A stretch of 64,000 nt of DNA from an uncultured Gemmatimonadales bacterium (GTDB lineage: Bacteria > Gemmatimonadota > Gemmatimonadetes > Gemmatimonadales > GWC2-71-9): NCBI GenBank assembly GCA_963828735.1, contig CAWHFW010000004.1, positions 32,001 through 96,000 of the forward strand. The letters are read 5' to 3'. Every line of letters begins with the position of its first letter. The stretch's first letter is position 1. Made by a program: the position numbers and the translations under genes. Shown here piece after piece: positions 18,298 through 27,298 of the stretch. A model generated the notes under the pieces. It was not told the DNA's origin and searched no databases. It saw only the letters and a program-made list of their open reading frames with translations.

Positions 18298-18428
18298 GCC
18301 GGCGCGAGGTGGCCACGGGTCGGTTGCCTCCCCTCGTATGACCATCCCGATCACTCCATGGAGCATGACGCTCGCGCCGGCACCCTCGGACGGTCGGGAC
18401 CGGCATTCACTCCGTTAGCTTCAACTCG

Positions 18429-20111
18429 ATGCTCACCGAACTTCGCGTTCGCGACCTCGCCACCATCGCCGACGTCACCCTCCAGCTCGGCCCCGGCCTC
18501 AATGTGCTGACCGGCGAGACCGGAGCCGGCAAGTCGATGCTCGTCGACGCCCTCGCGCTGCTCCTCGGCGAGCGGGCCGAAAGCAGCAGCGTGCGGCCCG
18601 GTGCATCCAAGGCCATCGTCGAAGGGGCGTTCGAGGGCCTGGACGCGCGCACCCGCCGCGCGGTCGAGGCGCTGGGGCTCGACGTCGAGGACGCGCGAGT
18701 CGTCGTGCGGCGGGAAGTGTCCAGCGAAGGGCGGTCGCGCGCCTGGGTCAGCGGAAGCCCCACCACCGCCGCCGTCCTCGGGCAGCTCGGCGCTCTGCTG
18801 GTCGATCTCCACGGCCAGCATGAGACCCAATCCCTTCTCCGGCCGGACGCCCAGCGCGACATCCTGGACGCGTTCGCCCACGCGGACGCGGAGCGCAACG
18901 CGGTGGCCGAGGCATACGCGGCGCTGACCGCGCTCCGAGGCGAGGAGGCGACGCTTGCCGCCCGTCGTGACGAGGTCCGGCGCCGGGCCGATTACCTGCG
19001 CCACGTCGTCCGCGAGATCGAGCAGGCGAGACTCAGGCCCGGCGAGGATGAAGCTCTCCAGCACGAGGCGCGACGCCTGAGCCAGGCCGGCGCGCTCGGC
19101 GAGCTGGCGCAGCGCCTGGTGGACGCGGTCGAAGCCGGCGAAGGCAACGCGCTCGGCGCCCTGGGCACGGCCGACCGCGCGCTCTCCGGCCTGGAGAAGG
19201 CCGATCCCGAGGTGGGCGCCTGGCGCGAGATGCTGGATGCGGCGTACACCAATCTGAGTGAGCTCGCCCGTCAGGCGGCGGCGTACGCCGACGAGGTCGA
19301 AGAGAATCCCGAACGCCTGGCCGAGGTCGAGCAGCGTCGCGACGTGATCTTCAAGCTCACCGGCAAGTACGGGGCGACCATCGAGGCAGTCCTGGCCACG
19401 CGCGACGAGAGCGCGGCCGAGCTCGACCTGCTCGATACGGCCGACGTGGATCTCCGGGCACTCGCGGCCCGGCGCACGGCCGCGGAAGGGGCGCTCCGGT
19501 CGGCCGCCGAGGCGCTCTCGGGCAAGAGGAAGGAAGCCGCCGAACGTCTGGCGCGCGGGGTCAATCGACTGTTGCCACAACTGGGCCTGCCCGGTGGTAA
19601 GCTCCTGGTTTCCCTTGCGCCGCTGCCCGAGCCCGCCTCGCATGGCCAGGAGAGCGTGCAGTTCGACGTGCGGCTCAACGTGGGGCTCGAGGCCAAGCCG
19701 CTCGGGCGCGTCGTGTCGGGGGGCGAGCTCTCGAGACTCATGCTCGCGCTCAAGGTGGTGCTGGCGCGGCACGACGCGATCGCGACGCTGGTGTTCGACG
19801 AAGTGGACCAGGGGATCGGCGGGGAAGTCGGCGCGCAGGTGGGAGCGGCGCTGGCGGAGGTGGCGGAGCGGCACCAGGTGCTCGTGATCACGCACCTGCC
19901 GCAGATCGCGGCGCGGGCCGATCGGCATCTGGTGGTGAGCAAGGAGGCGCGGGGAGGGATCGCCACCAGCGACGCGCAGGCGATCCACGGCGAGGACAGG
20001 GTGAGCGAGGTAGCGCGGATGCTGGGGGATGCGGAAGGGGATGCGGCGCGGCGGCACGCGCAGGCGCTGCTGCGGAAGGAGTCGAAGCCCGCTCAGAACA
20101 GGCCGAAGTAG
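18429..20111 (+). CDS. recN: DNA repair protein RecN
   Basis: LTGETGAGKS, HGQH, coiled coil, SGGELSR, FDEVD and ITHLPQIA motifs. Confidence 0.97.
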   Translation: MLTELRVRDLATIADVTLQLGPGLNVLTGETGAGKSMLVDALALLLGERAESSSVRPGASKAIVEGAFEGLDARTRRAVEALGLDVEDARVVVRREVSSEGRSRAWVSGSPTTAAVLGQLGALLVDLHGQHETQSLLRPDAQRDILDAFAHADAERNAVAEAYAALTALRGEEATLAARRDEVRRRADYLRHVVREIEQARLRPGEDEALQHEARRLSQAGALGELAQRLVDAVEAGEGNALGALGTADRALSGLEKADPEVGAWREMLDAAYTNLSELARQAAAYADEVEENPERLAEVEQRRDVIFKLTGKYGATIEAVLATRDESAAELDLLDTADVDLRALAARRTAAEGALRSAAEALSGKRKEAAERLARGVNRLLPQLGLPGGKLLVSLAPLPEPASHGQESVQFDVRLNVGLEAKPLGRVVSGGELSRLMLALKVVLARHDAIATLVFDEVDQGIGGEVGAQVGAALAEVAERHQVLVITHLPQIAARADRHLVVSKEARGGIATSDAQAIHGEDRVSEVARMLGDAEGDAARRHAQALLRKESKPAQNRPK

Positions 20112-21634
20112 ATCCGGAACCGCGCCCGCATCGACTGCCGGTCCGCCACGATCCCACCCGTCGTCCGCACGACCCGCTCGTAGTTCCAGCTCGCGTCGAT
20201 CGGCAACCCGGTCCCGCCGGGACGAAGCCGGCCCATACTGCTGTAGGTCACGCCGAACCCGACCGTGGCCGCGGTGGCTTTGCTGTCTTCGGCGAGGACC
20301 GACGCGTCCACGCCCGGGATCTCGTCCTCGGCCGTGAGGTAGGAGACATCGTCCTCGCCCCGCGACCAGTAGCCGGCGGAGGCCTGGAGCGCAAACGAGG
20401 GCACGAGCCGGAAAAAGGGGCGGAACGCCACGCCCACGACGTCGCCGGGATCGCGGTGCACCGCGCTCAGCCGGTCGATCCCCGCGAGCGGTTGGGTCGG
20501 CGGCGCGACCCGGAGGACGTAGTCCGCCGCGAGCTGGCGGTTGTACAGCCCTTCGGCCCGGAATCCCCAGCGGCCCGAGCCGACGTCGGCCGTGATGCGC
20601 AGTTCGACGTCGGTCTGGCCGTCGCCCGTGCCGAGCGCCAGCACCCGGTCGGGTGGGGCGAGCCGGCCCGTCGGAAAGCGCACGAGGCCCTCCACCGCGG
20701 CCCGGAAGCCGCCGCGATGTTGCTCGCGATCCCAGTGATCCGTCAGCGTCAGCGCCAATCCCGCCTCGGCGTCGCCACGAAACGTGATCTTGCTGCCCCC
20801 GGGGCGGAGGCCGAGCCCGGTGGGATCGCTCAGCGCCGAGACGAACGCCTCGCTGGTCGCGAGGGCGTCGGGGAGTGCCGGCGTCGTGGTGAACCCGGAA
20901 ACGCCGAAGTCGCTCGCGAGCGTGGTCTGCAGGTCGGTCACGCGGGTCGAGATTGCCTGGCCGGCGGTGCTGGTCGCGATCGGCACGAAGGGCGCCGCCG
21001 TCGTCGGGTCGGCGAGCAACCCGAAGAGATCCTCGCGGAGCGCCGTCCCCGCGTCGAGCGTGGTCTGGGCGCGCGCCTTGAGCGCGGGGTCGCCATCGAA
21101 GTCCCCGGCCGAGATGCGTCCCGAGAGCGTCGTGAGCGAAGCGTCGAACTCTGCGAAGAAGGTCGCCTGCGCGACACCGTCGGCGGCGGTGCCGCCGTCC
21201 GCGCCCGGGGTGGCGTGGAGATCGTAGTGGATCTCGGTCTGCACCTCCACGAGTGGAAGCCGGCCGAAGATCGTGAGGGCTCGTGTGAGGCCAAGCGCGA
21301 GTCCCAGGTACCCGCGGGTGTCCGACGACCGGGCGTCGGAGGCAAGCTCGCCTAGATTGATCCGGTAACCCGAGAGACCGGTGATCCGGCCGATGCGCGC
21401 GTCGGCGTCGGCGAGTGCGGGGATGAGATCGCTGCCCGCGGCAGGGCTGCTGAGATCCGTGGCGAGGGGTTCGCGCTCACCGTCGAGCCAGCGGTGGTCC
21501 CAGGTGGCCGTCGAGCCGTCGAGGTCCACGCGGAGGACACCGGCGGGCGCGCCCACCGGCGCCAGCTGGGCGCGGACCGCCGACGGCACGAGCAGGCAGA
21601 GGACGACCGCCAGGCGTCGCGCGCAATACCCCAC
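20093..21634 (-). CDS. Hypothetical secreted protein, probable outer-membrane beta-barrel
   Basis: Signal peptide (VLCLLVPSAVRA|Q), alternating beta-strand patterns, C-terminal ARFRIYFGLF; overlaps the recN 3' end; start estimated. Confidence 0.65.
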   Translation of the reverse strand: MGYCARRLAVVLCLLVPSAVRAQLAPVGAPAGVLRVDLDGSTATWDHRWLDGEREPLATDLSSPAAGSDLIPALADADARIGRITGLSGYRINLGELASDARSSDTRGYLGLALGLTRALTIFGRLPLVEVQTEIHYDLHATPGADGGTAADGVAQATFFAEFDASLTTLSGRISAGDFDGDPALKARAQTTLDAGTALREDLFGLLADPTTAAPFVPIATSTAGQAISTRVTDLQTTLASDFGVSGFTTTPALPDALATSEAFVSALSDPTGLGLRPGGSKITFRGDAEAGLALTLTDHWDREQHRGGFRAAVEGLVRFPTGRLAPPDRVLALGTGDGQTDVELRITADVGSGRWGFRAEGLYNRQLAADYVLRVAPPTQPLAGIDRLSAVHRDPGDVVGVAFRPFFRLVPSFALQASAGYWSRGEDDVSYLTAEDEIPGVDASVLAEDSKATAATVGFGVTYSSMGRLRPGGTGLPIDASWNYERVVRTTGGIVADRQSMRARFRIYFGLF

Positions 21635-21661
21635 ATTCCCTCCCGAGAGAAGTCGTCCGGC

Positions 21662-22822
21662 GTGCACACATTGTCGGTCGCGAGACTCGCAAGTTCGCAG
21701 TTTACCGCCGCCTTTGCCACCCGGCCGGCGGTGGGCGCCTCCGCGCCGGGGCGCGTGAATCTGCTCGGGGAGCATACCGATTACAACGGTGGACCGGTCC
21801 TCCCGATCGCGCTGGAGCGGCGCCTCGCGGTGATGGCGGGTCCCGCGCCTGATTGGGAGGCGGTGTCATCGCTCGACGGCTCGGTCCACCAGCTGGACGT
21901 CGCCGGTCCGCTCAGGGGAGCGTGGACGGACTATCTGGTCGGCGTCGTGCGCGAGCTCCACGCTGTGGGCTCGGCTCCGCGCGGGGCGCGCGTGTCGGTC
22001 GCCGGAACGGTGCCGGTGGGCGCCGGGCTCTCATCATCTGCCGCCCTGACCGTGGCGGCGACGCGCGCCCTGAGCTTGCTCGCGGGCCGCCCCCTCGAGC
22101 CCGCCGACCTCGTCGAGGTGGCGTTCAGGGCGGAGCACGACCAGGTCGGCGTGCGATGTGGCCGGATGGACCAGACGATCGCGGTCCACGCGCGGCGTGG
22201 CACCGCCCTCCTCTACGAGACCGCGCTCGGCACCCTTCGATCACTGCCCTTTCCGGGGCGCGTGTGGGTCGTGGATACCGGGGTGTCCCACGCGCTGGCC
22301 GACGGGCAGCTCAACCAGCGGCGCCGCGAATGTGAGTCGGCGCTCGAGCGCTGTCGTGCGTGGCGGCCCGGGCTTCGTGCCCTGGCGGAGTTGGCGCCTG
22401 CCGATCTTCCCGAGGTCGCGCGACGGCTGCCGCCGTCCCTGATGGCGCGCGTACGCCACGTGGTCACCGAGACGGCGCGGACCCGCGAGGCCGCTGTCGC
22501 CCTCGCCGCAACCGATCTGGCAGCCGTGGGCCGCCTCCTCCTCGAGGGGCATGCCTCGCTCCGCGACGACTACGACTCGACGGTCCCGGAGGCCGACGCC
22601 CTGGTGGAGCATGCGATGGCCCTTGGCGCCCATGGGGCCAGACTCACGGGCGCGGGGTGGGGTGGCGCCGTCGTCATGCTGCTTCCTCCCGGACGGGAGG
22701 CGTCGATCATCGCGGAGCTGAAGCGCGCATTCGTCGACCGGTTCGGGCGCGAGCCGACGGCGTGGAGCTCGCGAGCCGCGGCGGGGGCCCGGCGGGAGGC
22801 GCTTCCAGCCATCGCGCGGTAG
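21662..22822 (+). CDS. galK: Galactokinase (GHMP kinase)
   Basis: APGRVNLLGEHTDYN, PVGAGLSSSAA, CGRMDQ and GARLTGAGWGG motifs; start GTG 21662 or TTG 21671. Confidence 0.88.
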   Translation: MHTLSVARLASSQFTAAFATRPAVGASAPGRVNLLGEHTDYNGGPVLPIALERRLAVMAGPAPDWEAVSSLDGSVHQLDVAGPLRGAWTDYLVGVVRELHAVGSAPRGARVSVAGTVPVGAGLSSSAALTVAATRALSLLAGRPLEPADLVEVAFRAEHDQVGVRCGRMDQTIAVHARRGTALLYETALGTLRSLPFPGRVWVVDTGVSHALADGQLNQRRRECESALERCRAWRPGLRALAELAPADLPEVARRLPPSLMARVRHVVTETARTREAAVALAATDLAAVGRLLLEGHASLRDDYDSTVPEADALVEHAMALGAHGARLTGAGWGGAVVMLLPPGREASIIAELKRAFVDRFGREPTAWSSRAAAGARREALPAIAR

Positions 22823-22838
22823 ATTCCTCTGGCCGTCC

Positions 22839-22922
22839 GCCCGGGTGGCGAAACTGGTAGACGCTTGGGACTTAAAATCCTTTGGCCCTCGGGCCGTGTG
22901 GGTTCGAATCCCACCCCGGGCA
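22839..22922 (+). tRNA. tRNA-Leu (anticodon TAA)
   Basis: GCCCGGG/CCCGGGC acceptor stem, D loop with GG, anticodon loop CTTAAAA, long variable arm, GTGGG-TTCGAAT-CCCAC T arm, discriminator A; CCA not encoded. Confidence 0.95.
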
Positions 22923-22940
22923 CTTTCCGACCTTCCTTCC

Positions 22941-22984
22941 GGTGACCTGCATCACACGCCCGCTTGGCTGGGGCGCCTTACCTT
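22941..22984 (+). promoter_or_regulatory. CRP/FNR-family-like site plus putative -10 element
   Basis: GGTGA-N6-TCACA at 22941-22956; TACCTT at 22979-22984. Confidence 0.5.
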
Positions 22985-23033
22985 GCGCTGAATCGTTCGC
23001 CCACTCGCTTGTCACTCTTTCGAGGCTGGTTCA

Positions 23034-23450
23034 GTGCCCGCTCCGCTTGCTTCGATTGGCCCAACGATTCTGGTGGTGGACGACGAACGTGTCGCTCGAC
23101 GCCTGCTCTACCGAGTGCTCACCGCGGAGGGCTATCGTGTGTTCGAGGCGGCGACGGCCGAAGAGGCGCTCAATGTCCTCGACATGGCGCACTGGTATGT
23201 CCACCTGATCATGCTGGACGTCGTCATGCCGTCCGTGGACGGGGTTCAGTTGGGAAGACACATCCTCCAACGCTGGCCCTCGCTCCGTCTCATGTATATG
23301 TCCGCGTATCCGGCGGAGATCCTCGTGCAGCACGGCCTCACCGACCCGCAGGTGCACTTTCTCGCCAAACCGTTCACCCACGACGACCTCATGGCCAAGG
23401 TTGCCATCGCGACCGATCGCCGTGAAGAAGGTGCGCGGGGTCACGGTTGA
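23034..23450 (+). CDS. Single-domain response regulator (receiver)
   Basis: ILVVDDE, LDVVMP, MSAY and LAKPF motifs. Confidence 0.88.
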   Translation: MPAPLASIGPTILVVDDERVARRLLYRVLTAEGYRVFEAATAEEALNVLDMAHWYVHLIMLDVVMPSVDGVQLGRHILQRWPSLRLMYMSAYPAEILVQHGLTDPQVHFLAKPFTHDDLMAKVAIATDRREEGARGHG

Positions 23451-23497
23451 GCACACGGCCCCGCGCAATATTCGATTGACCTCAACGCGGACCCGCG

Positions 23498-23674
23498 ATG
23501 CCGACCGTTCACGATCTGCACCTGCGCTCCTCCCTCCGGCACGCGAACGATTCGGGTGAGCTCCCAGATTCGAACCCGCTCGGAAACCGACGGCCCGGCG
23601 AGACGTCCGGCGAGCGGCGGATACGCCTGCTGCGCACCGTGCTCGGCGACCTGCGCGGGCAGCCGGGGCCCTGA
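23498..23674 (+). CDS. Small hypothetical protein (58 aa)
   Basis: ORF MPTVHDLHLR.. fills the gap; no recognisable motif. Confidence 0.25.
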   Translation: MPTVHDLHLRSSLRHANDSGELPDSNPLGNRRPGETSGERRIRLLRTVLGDLRGQPGP

Positions 23675-23684
23675 CCAGGATCGA

Positions 23685-24008
23685 TCAGCGAGGGTCCCGC
23701 TCGATCTCGCGCAGCTCGTAATGCGCCGATCGGGCGTCGAACCTCGCGAGCAGGCGCCGCGCGGCGGGTGGCACGACGGCGGCCTCATAGTCGTCGCCGG
23801 CGAATGAGCGGACGGCGTCCACGGACTCGAACCGCATGACGGTCACGAACTCGACCTCGTGCTCGAGCGTCCGCCTGAGCAGCTCGATGCCGCGATACCC
23901 CGCGATGTCCCGCTGCGCGATCGCCTGAAAGATCTCCTCCCTCAATAGTCGCTCGTAGGCGTGTGCGTTCGCGGGCGTCGTCCACCCGTGCCACATGCGG
24001 ACGATCAC
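23685..24008 (-). CDS. Antibiotic biosynthesis monooxygenase (ABM) family protein
   Basis: MIVRMWHGWT..FAGDDYEAAVVP. Confidence 0.85.
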   Translation of the reverse strand: MIVRMWHGWTTPANAHAYERLLREEIFQAIAQRDIAGYRGIELLRRTLEHEVEFVTVMRFESVDAVRSFAGDDYEAAVVPPAARRLLARFDARSAHYELREIERDPR

Positions 24009-24505
24009 ACCCGCTCCGCGGGCGCCGCGCCGAACGCTTCACGCGCCGCGGCGATGCGTTCGTGCTCGATCATCGCGTGCTGGGCCTCGGTACGCGCCGC
24101 TCTCGCAGCCAGGGGCAGGCCGGAGAGTCGCGGATCGTGCGGCTCGAGCTCGGCCAGCGCCCGAAACAGGGCGAGCTTCCCCTGCAGGCCCAGGGCGAGG
24201 GATTCGAGCGCCTCCAGCAACTCGAGGTGTGGGTGAGTGCGGCCGGTGAGGGCCAACCGGCCCTCGGTCGCCTTCTCCGTCACCCACGCGGCGGCCTGTG
24301 CCAGACGACGCTCCCCCGCCTTCGCCCGATCAAGGATGTCGCGGAGAAGCTGCTGGTCCTCGCGCACCTCCTCCGCGAGCTCGCGGAGCTGCGCGCCGAG
24401 CGGCGTGCTCGCCGCCCGCTCGCTCAGGGCGTCCATCAGGTTGAGACCGGCGATCGAGCCGGCGAGGTGATCGTTTACGTAGATGGCCAGCGGGTCGGCG
24501 GGCAT
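24005..24505 (-). CDS. Conserved hypothetical helical protein
   Basis: LAIYVNDHLAGS..LEALESLALGLQGK; SD GAGGAGG upstream. Confidence 0.75.
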   Translation of the reverse strand: MPADPLAIYVNDHLAGSIAGLNLMDALSERAASTPLGAQLRELAEEVREDQQLLRDILDRAKAGERRLAQAAAWVTEKATEGRLALTGRTHPHLELLEALESLALGLQGKLALFRALAELEPHDPRLSGLPLAARAARTEAQHAMIEHERIAAAREAFGAAPAERV

Positions 24506-24723
24506 GGTCCCTCCTCAGGTGTGTGGACAAGGCTCGAATGTAGATGGGGTCAGCGCGCGGACTGTGACGCATGCCCCTTCCCGCGACCCTCGGCTCGTGT
24601 GGAATTGAAAGAGATACATTTGAATCGGATCCCCGAGGTTGCTTCGGCGAGTCGGGCCGGGCCGTGCCCCGAGCCGCAGGTGCGGGGCGAGGGTCGGGAT
24701 CCTGGGCCCGGGAGGAGAGCCGC

Positions 24724-25017
24724 ATGGCCGCGTATGTGATCGTGGACATCGAGATCCGGGATCCGGTGATGTACGAGGAATACCGGCGCATGGCGCCGCC
24801 ATCGATCGCCGTATACGGCGGCCGCTACATCGTCCGGGGCGGCGAGGTCGACGTGCTGGAGGGCGACTGGCGCCCGCCGCGACTCGTCGTCCTCGAGTTT
24901 CCGACGATCGAACGAGCGCGGGCCTGGTGGTCCTCCGCCGAGTATGCGCCTGCAAAAGCGATTCGGCAGGCGTGCGCTGACGCCGAGATGGTCGTGGTCG
25001 CTGGAATCGACGGGTGA
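24724..25017 (+). CDS. DUF1330 family protein
   Basis: MAAYVIVDIEIRDP..YGGRYIVRGG..VVLEFP. Confidence 0.88.
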   Translation: MAAYVIVDIEIRDPVMYEEYRRMAPPSIAVYGGRYIVRGGEVDVLEGDWRPPRLVVLEFPTIERARAWWSSAEYAPAKAIRQACADAEMVVVAGIDG

Positions 25018-25108
25018 CGGCCGCGGCCTGCGTGCGCCACCCGATTAGGTTGTCTGAGAATGGCATCCCCGCGATCGGAGTGTCACCGCGCACCGTCGGA
25101 GAACCGAG

Positions 25109-25501
25109 ATGAAGTTCATGCTGCTGGTCTACACCGACAGCTCCCTCCTGGACGGCCTTCCGGACAATCAGATGGACGGAATGCTTCGCACCTGCTTCGA
25201 CCACGTGGACGAGCTGAACCGGGAAGGACACATGGTCGAGTCGCACATGCTGGACAGCGCCCGAACCGCCAGGACGGTGCGCATTCGAGGCGACCGGGTC
25301 ACCTCGACCGACGGACCGTACGCCGAGGCCAAGGAGGTGCTCGGCGGCTTCAACGTCATCGAGGCGAGGGACATGGAGGAGGCAGTACGGATCGCGGCGA
25401 CATTTCCCTGGGCACGGACCGGCTGCATCGAGGTCCGTGCGGTGCAGGACCTCGCGGCCGTGCGCCGCCGCGTGCGCGCCAGCGGCTCGCCGGCGGCATA
25501 G
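25109..25501 (+). CDS. YciI family protein
   Basis: MKFMLLVY..TDGPYAEAKEVLGGF..IEVR. Confidence 0.88.
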   Translation: MKFMLLVYTDSSLLDGLPDNQMDGMLRTCFDHVDELNREGHMVESHMLDSARTARTVRIRGDRVTSTDGPYAEAKEVLGGFNVIEARDMEEAVRIAATFPWARTGCIEVRAVQDLAAVRRRVRASGSPAA

Positions 25502-25570
25502 CGGGCGGCGTCGCATCGTGGCACGGTGCGGCTGGCGAAAAGCACCCGAGGTGAAAGGAAGGGCAATCCC

Positions 25571-25807
25571 ATGTGCCGGAACATCAAGCGGCTCCGCCAC
25601 CCGGAGCACCCACCGACGGACGATGAGCTGCACGATGCGGCATTGCAGTTCATCCGAAAGATCAGCGGCTATCGGGTCCCGTCACAGGCCAACGCGCGCG
25701 CCTTCGACGCCGCGGTCCGGGACGTCGCCAAAGCCTCGCGCACATTGTTTCGCCGGCTTCACGTGCATGCTGCGGACGGCCACGCCCATGCAGGTGCGGG
25801 TTCATGA
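25571..25807 (+). CDS. DUF2277 family protein
   Basis: MCRNIKRL..AALQFIRKISG. Confidence 0.85.
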   Translation: MCRNIKRLRHPEHPPTDDELHDAALQFIRKISGYRVPSQANARAFDAAVRDVAKASRTLFRRLHVHAADGHAHAGAGS

Positions 25808-26094
25808 AGATCCCGGTTGCCGAGCACGACACGGTCTCTCGCGTGATGGGCAGGACGATCCCCGCAATGCTCGTGGCGTGGTCCTGCGTCGGCTGCGGCG
25901 CTGCGCTGGATCGGACCGCGGTCGAGTCCGCTGCGGCGACCCAGTGCGGTTTCCGAGCGGCGACGTCCTGCTGGACGCTCAGACCTCGGTTCCCTCCACG
26001 CCTGATACAGGCAGGCGACTCGGCGCGACGGGACGTTCCCCGATCCTCGCCGGTGCTCGCCGATGCCGGGTCGAACAGCGCTAGCGGCCCGTGA
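25804..26094 (+). CDS. Hypothetical protein, possibly a lipoprotein or remnant
   Basis: ATGA overlap upstream and abuts the next ATG; hydrophobic stretch followed by VGC. Confidence 0.35.
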   Translation: MKIPVAEHDTVSRVMGRTIPAMLVAWSCVGCGAALDRTAVESAAATQCGFRAATSCWTLRPRFPPRLIQAGDSARRDVPRSSPVLADAGSNSASGP

Positions 26095-26550
26095 ATGGAC
26101 GGCCGAAGCCGTGAACCCCTTTTGCCCAGAGACCACATCGTGTCGGACGCCAAAGACGTTCCCGCCTACCCCTACGTCACCCATCTCGACGTCCTCCACG
26201 GCCCGCTCGAGCGCATCGACGTGCCCGCTCTCGTCGCCGCCTGTACGGACCGCTGGTACAACCAGACCCTCTGCAGGGTGAACGAGTCGGTCGTTCGCCT
26301 TGGTGTCGTGCAGGGTGAGTACCACTGGCACAAGCACGATGCGGACGACGAATTCTTCTACGTGGTCGATGGGCGATTCTGGATCGACCTGCCGGACCGG
26401 GTGATCGAGCTGGGACCGGGGCAGGGTGTGGTCGTGCCGAAGGGCATGATACACCGGCCGCGAGCGCCGGAGCGCACGGTCATTCTCATGGTCGAGACGG
26501 CTGCCATCGTCCCCACCGGGGACCAGCCGAGCGACAAGGAGGCACGATGA
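26095..26550 (+). CDS. Cupin domain protein
   Basis: WYNQTLCRVN, GEYHWHKH..DEFF and VVPKG..HRP motifs; the start may be GTG 26140. Confidence 0.85.
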   Translation: MDGRSREPLLPRDHIVSDAKDVPAYPYVTHLDVLHGPLERIDVPALVAACTDRWYNQTLCRVNESVVRLGVVQGEYHWHKHDADDEFFYVVDGRFWIDLPDRVIELGPGQGVVVPKGMIHRPRAPERTVILMVETAAIVPTGDQPSDKEAR

Positions 26551-26575
26551 ACACCGCAGGGCGGCTCATCGCGCC

Positions 26576-27118
26576 GTGAATGCCGCACCCCGATTCCGCC
26601 TGCGGTTTCCCCCGGCCGAGATGCGTAGCTGGTCTGCCGCGTATCCTTACGATGACGGTGACGCCCGCCTGCTCGGAGAGATCCGTCCGGCTGTTCGGGC
26701 GCGAGGGTTTCTGACTGCTCCCGAGTTCCGCGAGATCTGCTACTGGAAATCCCCGCGATCCCAGGCACGCTGCCGCCGCAACTCGGCTGACCAGGTGCGC
26801 ATCCTCACCGGGGCCGCCCTGGCCAGCCGCAATGATGCGATGAAGATGGACCTGCTTCGACTGCTGTACGGCGTCGACTGGCCGACTGCCTCGACGCTTC
26901 TCCACTTCTGCGACGGACGTCTGTATCCTATCCTAGACTATCGCGCCGTGTGGTCGCTCGGCTACGCCCGGCCCCCGCGCTACACCATGGCGTTCTGGGT
27001 CGGGTACGTCGCGTTCGTGCGGGATCTGTCCCGTCGGACGGGATGCTCCATGCGAGTGGTTGACCGGGCGCTATGGCAGTATTCGAAGGCGAGGCAGCGA
27101 GCAGGACCGGGAACATGA
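26576..27118 (+). CDS. Hypothetical protein with HhH-GPD-like motif
   Basis: WKSPR, LYGVDWPTASTLLHF, YPILDYRA and RVVDRALW. Confidence 0.7.
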   Translation: MNAAPRFRLRFPPAEMRSWSAAYPYDDGDARLLGEIRPAVRARGFLTAPEFREICYWKSPRSQARCRRNSADQVRILTGAALASRNDAMKMDLLRLLYGVDWPTASTLLHFCDGRLYPILDYRAVWSLGYARPPRYTMAFWVGYVAFVRDLSRRTGCSMRVVDRALWQYSKARQRAGPGT

Positions 27119-27145
27119 GCGCAGAGCCGGCGAAGGGAGGACGTC

Positions 27146-27298
27146 ATGATACGCAAGCTGGCGTCGGGCCAGTATCGCCTGTACTCGAAGAAGGCGGATC
27201 CGAAGACGGGGAAGCGGCGTAACCTCGGCACCTTCAAGACGCGAGCGGCAGCGGAAAAGCACGAGCGCGCGGTGCAATACTTCAAGCGGCGAGGCTGA
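27146..27298 (+). CDS. Basic 50-aa small protein
   Basis: SD GGGAGG; MIRKLASGQYRLYSKKADPKTGKRRNLGTFKTRAAAEKHERAVQYFKRRG; too short for the ORF track. Confidence 0.85.
   Translation: MIRKLASGQYRLYSKKADPKTGKRRNLGTFKTRAAAEKHERAVQYFKRRG

Noticed and set aside
23551..23585. TTCGAACCC resembling a tRNA T-loop or attR copy
   Set aside because: No valid T-stem, and no match to the tRNA-Leu 3' end in direct orientation.
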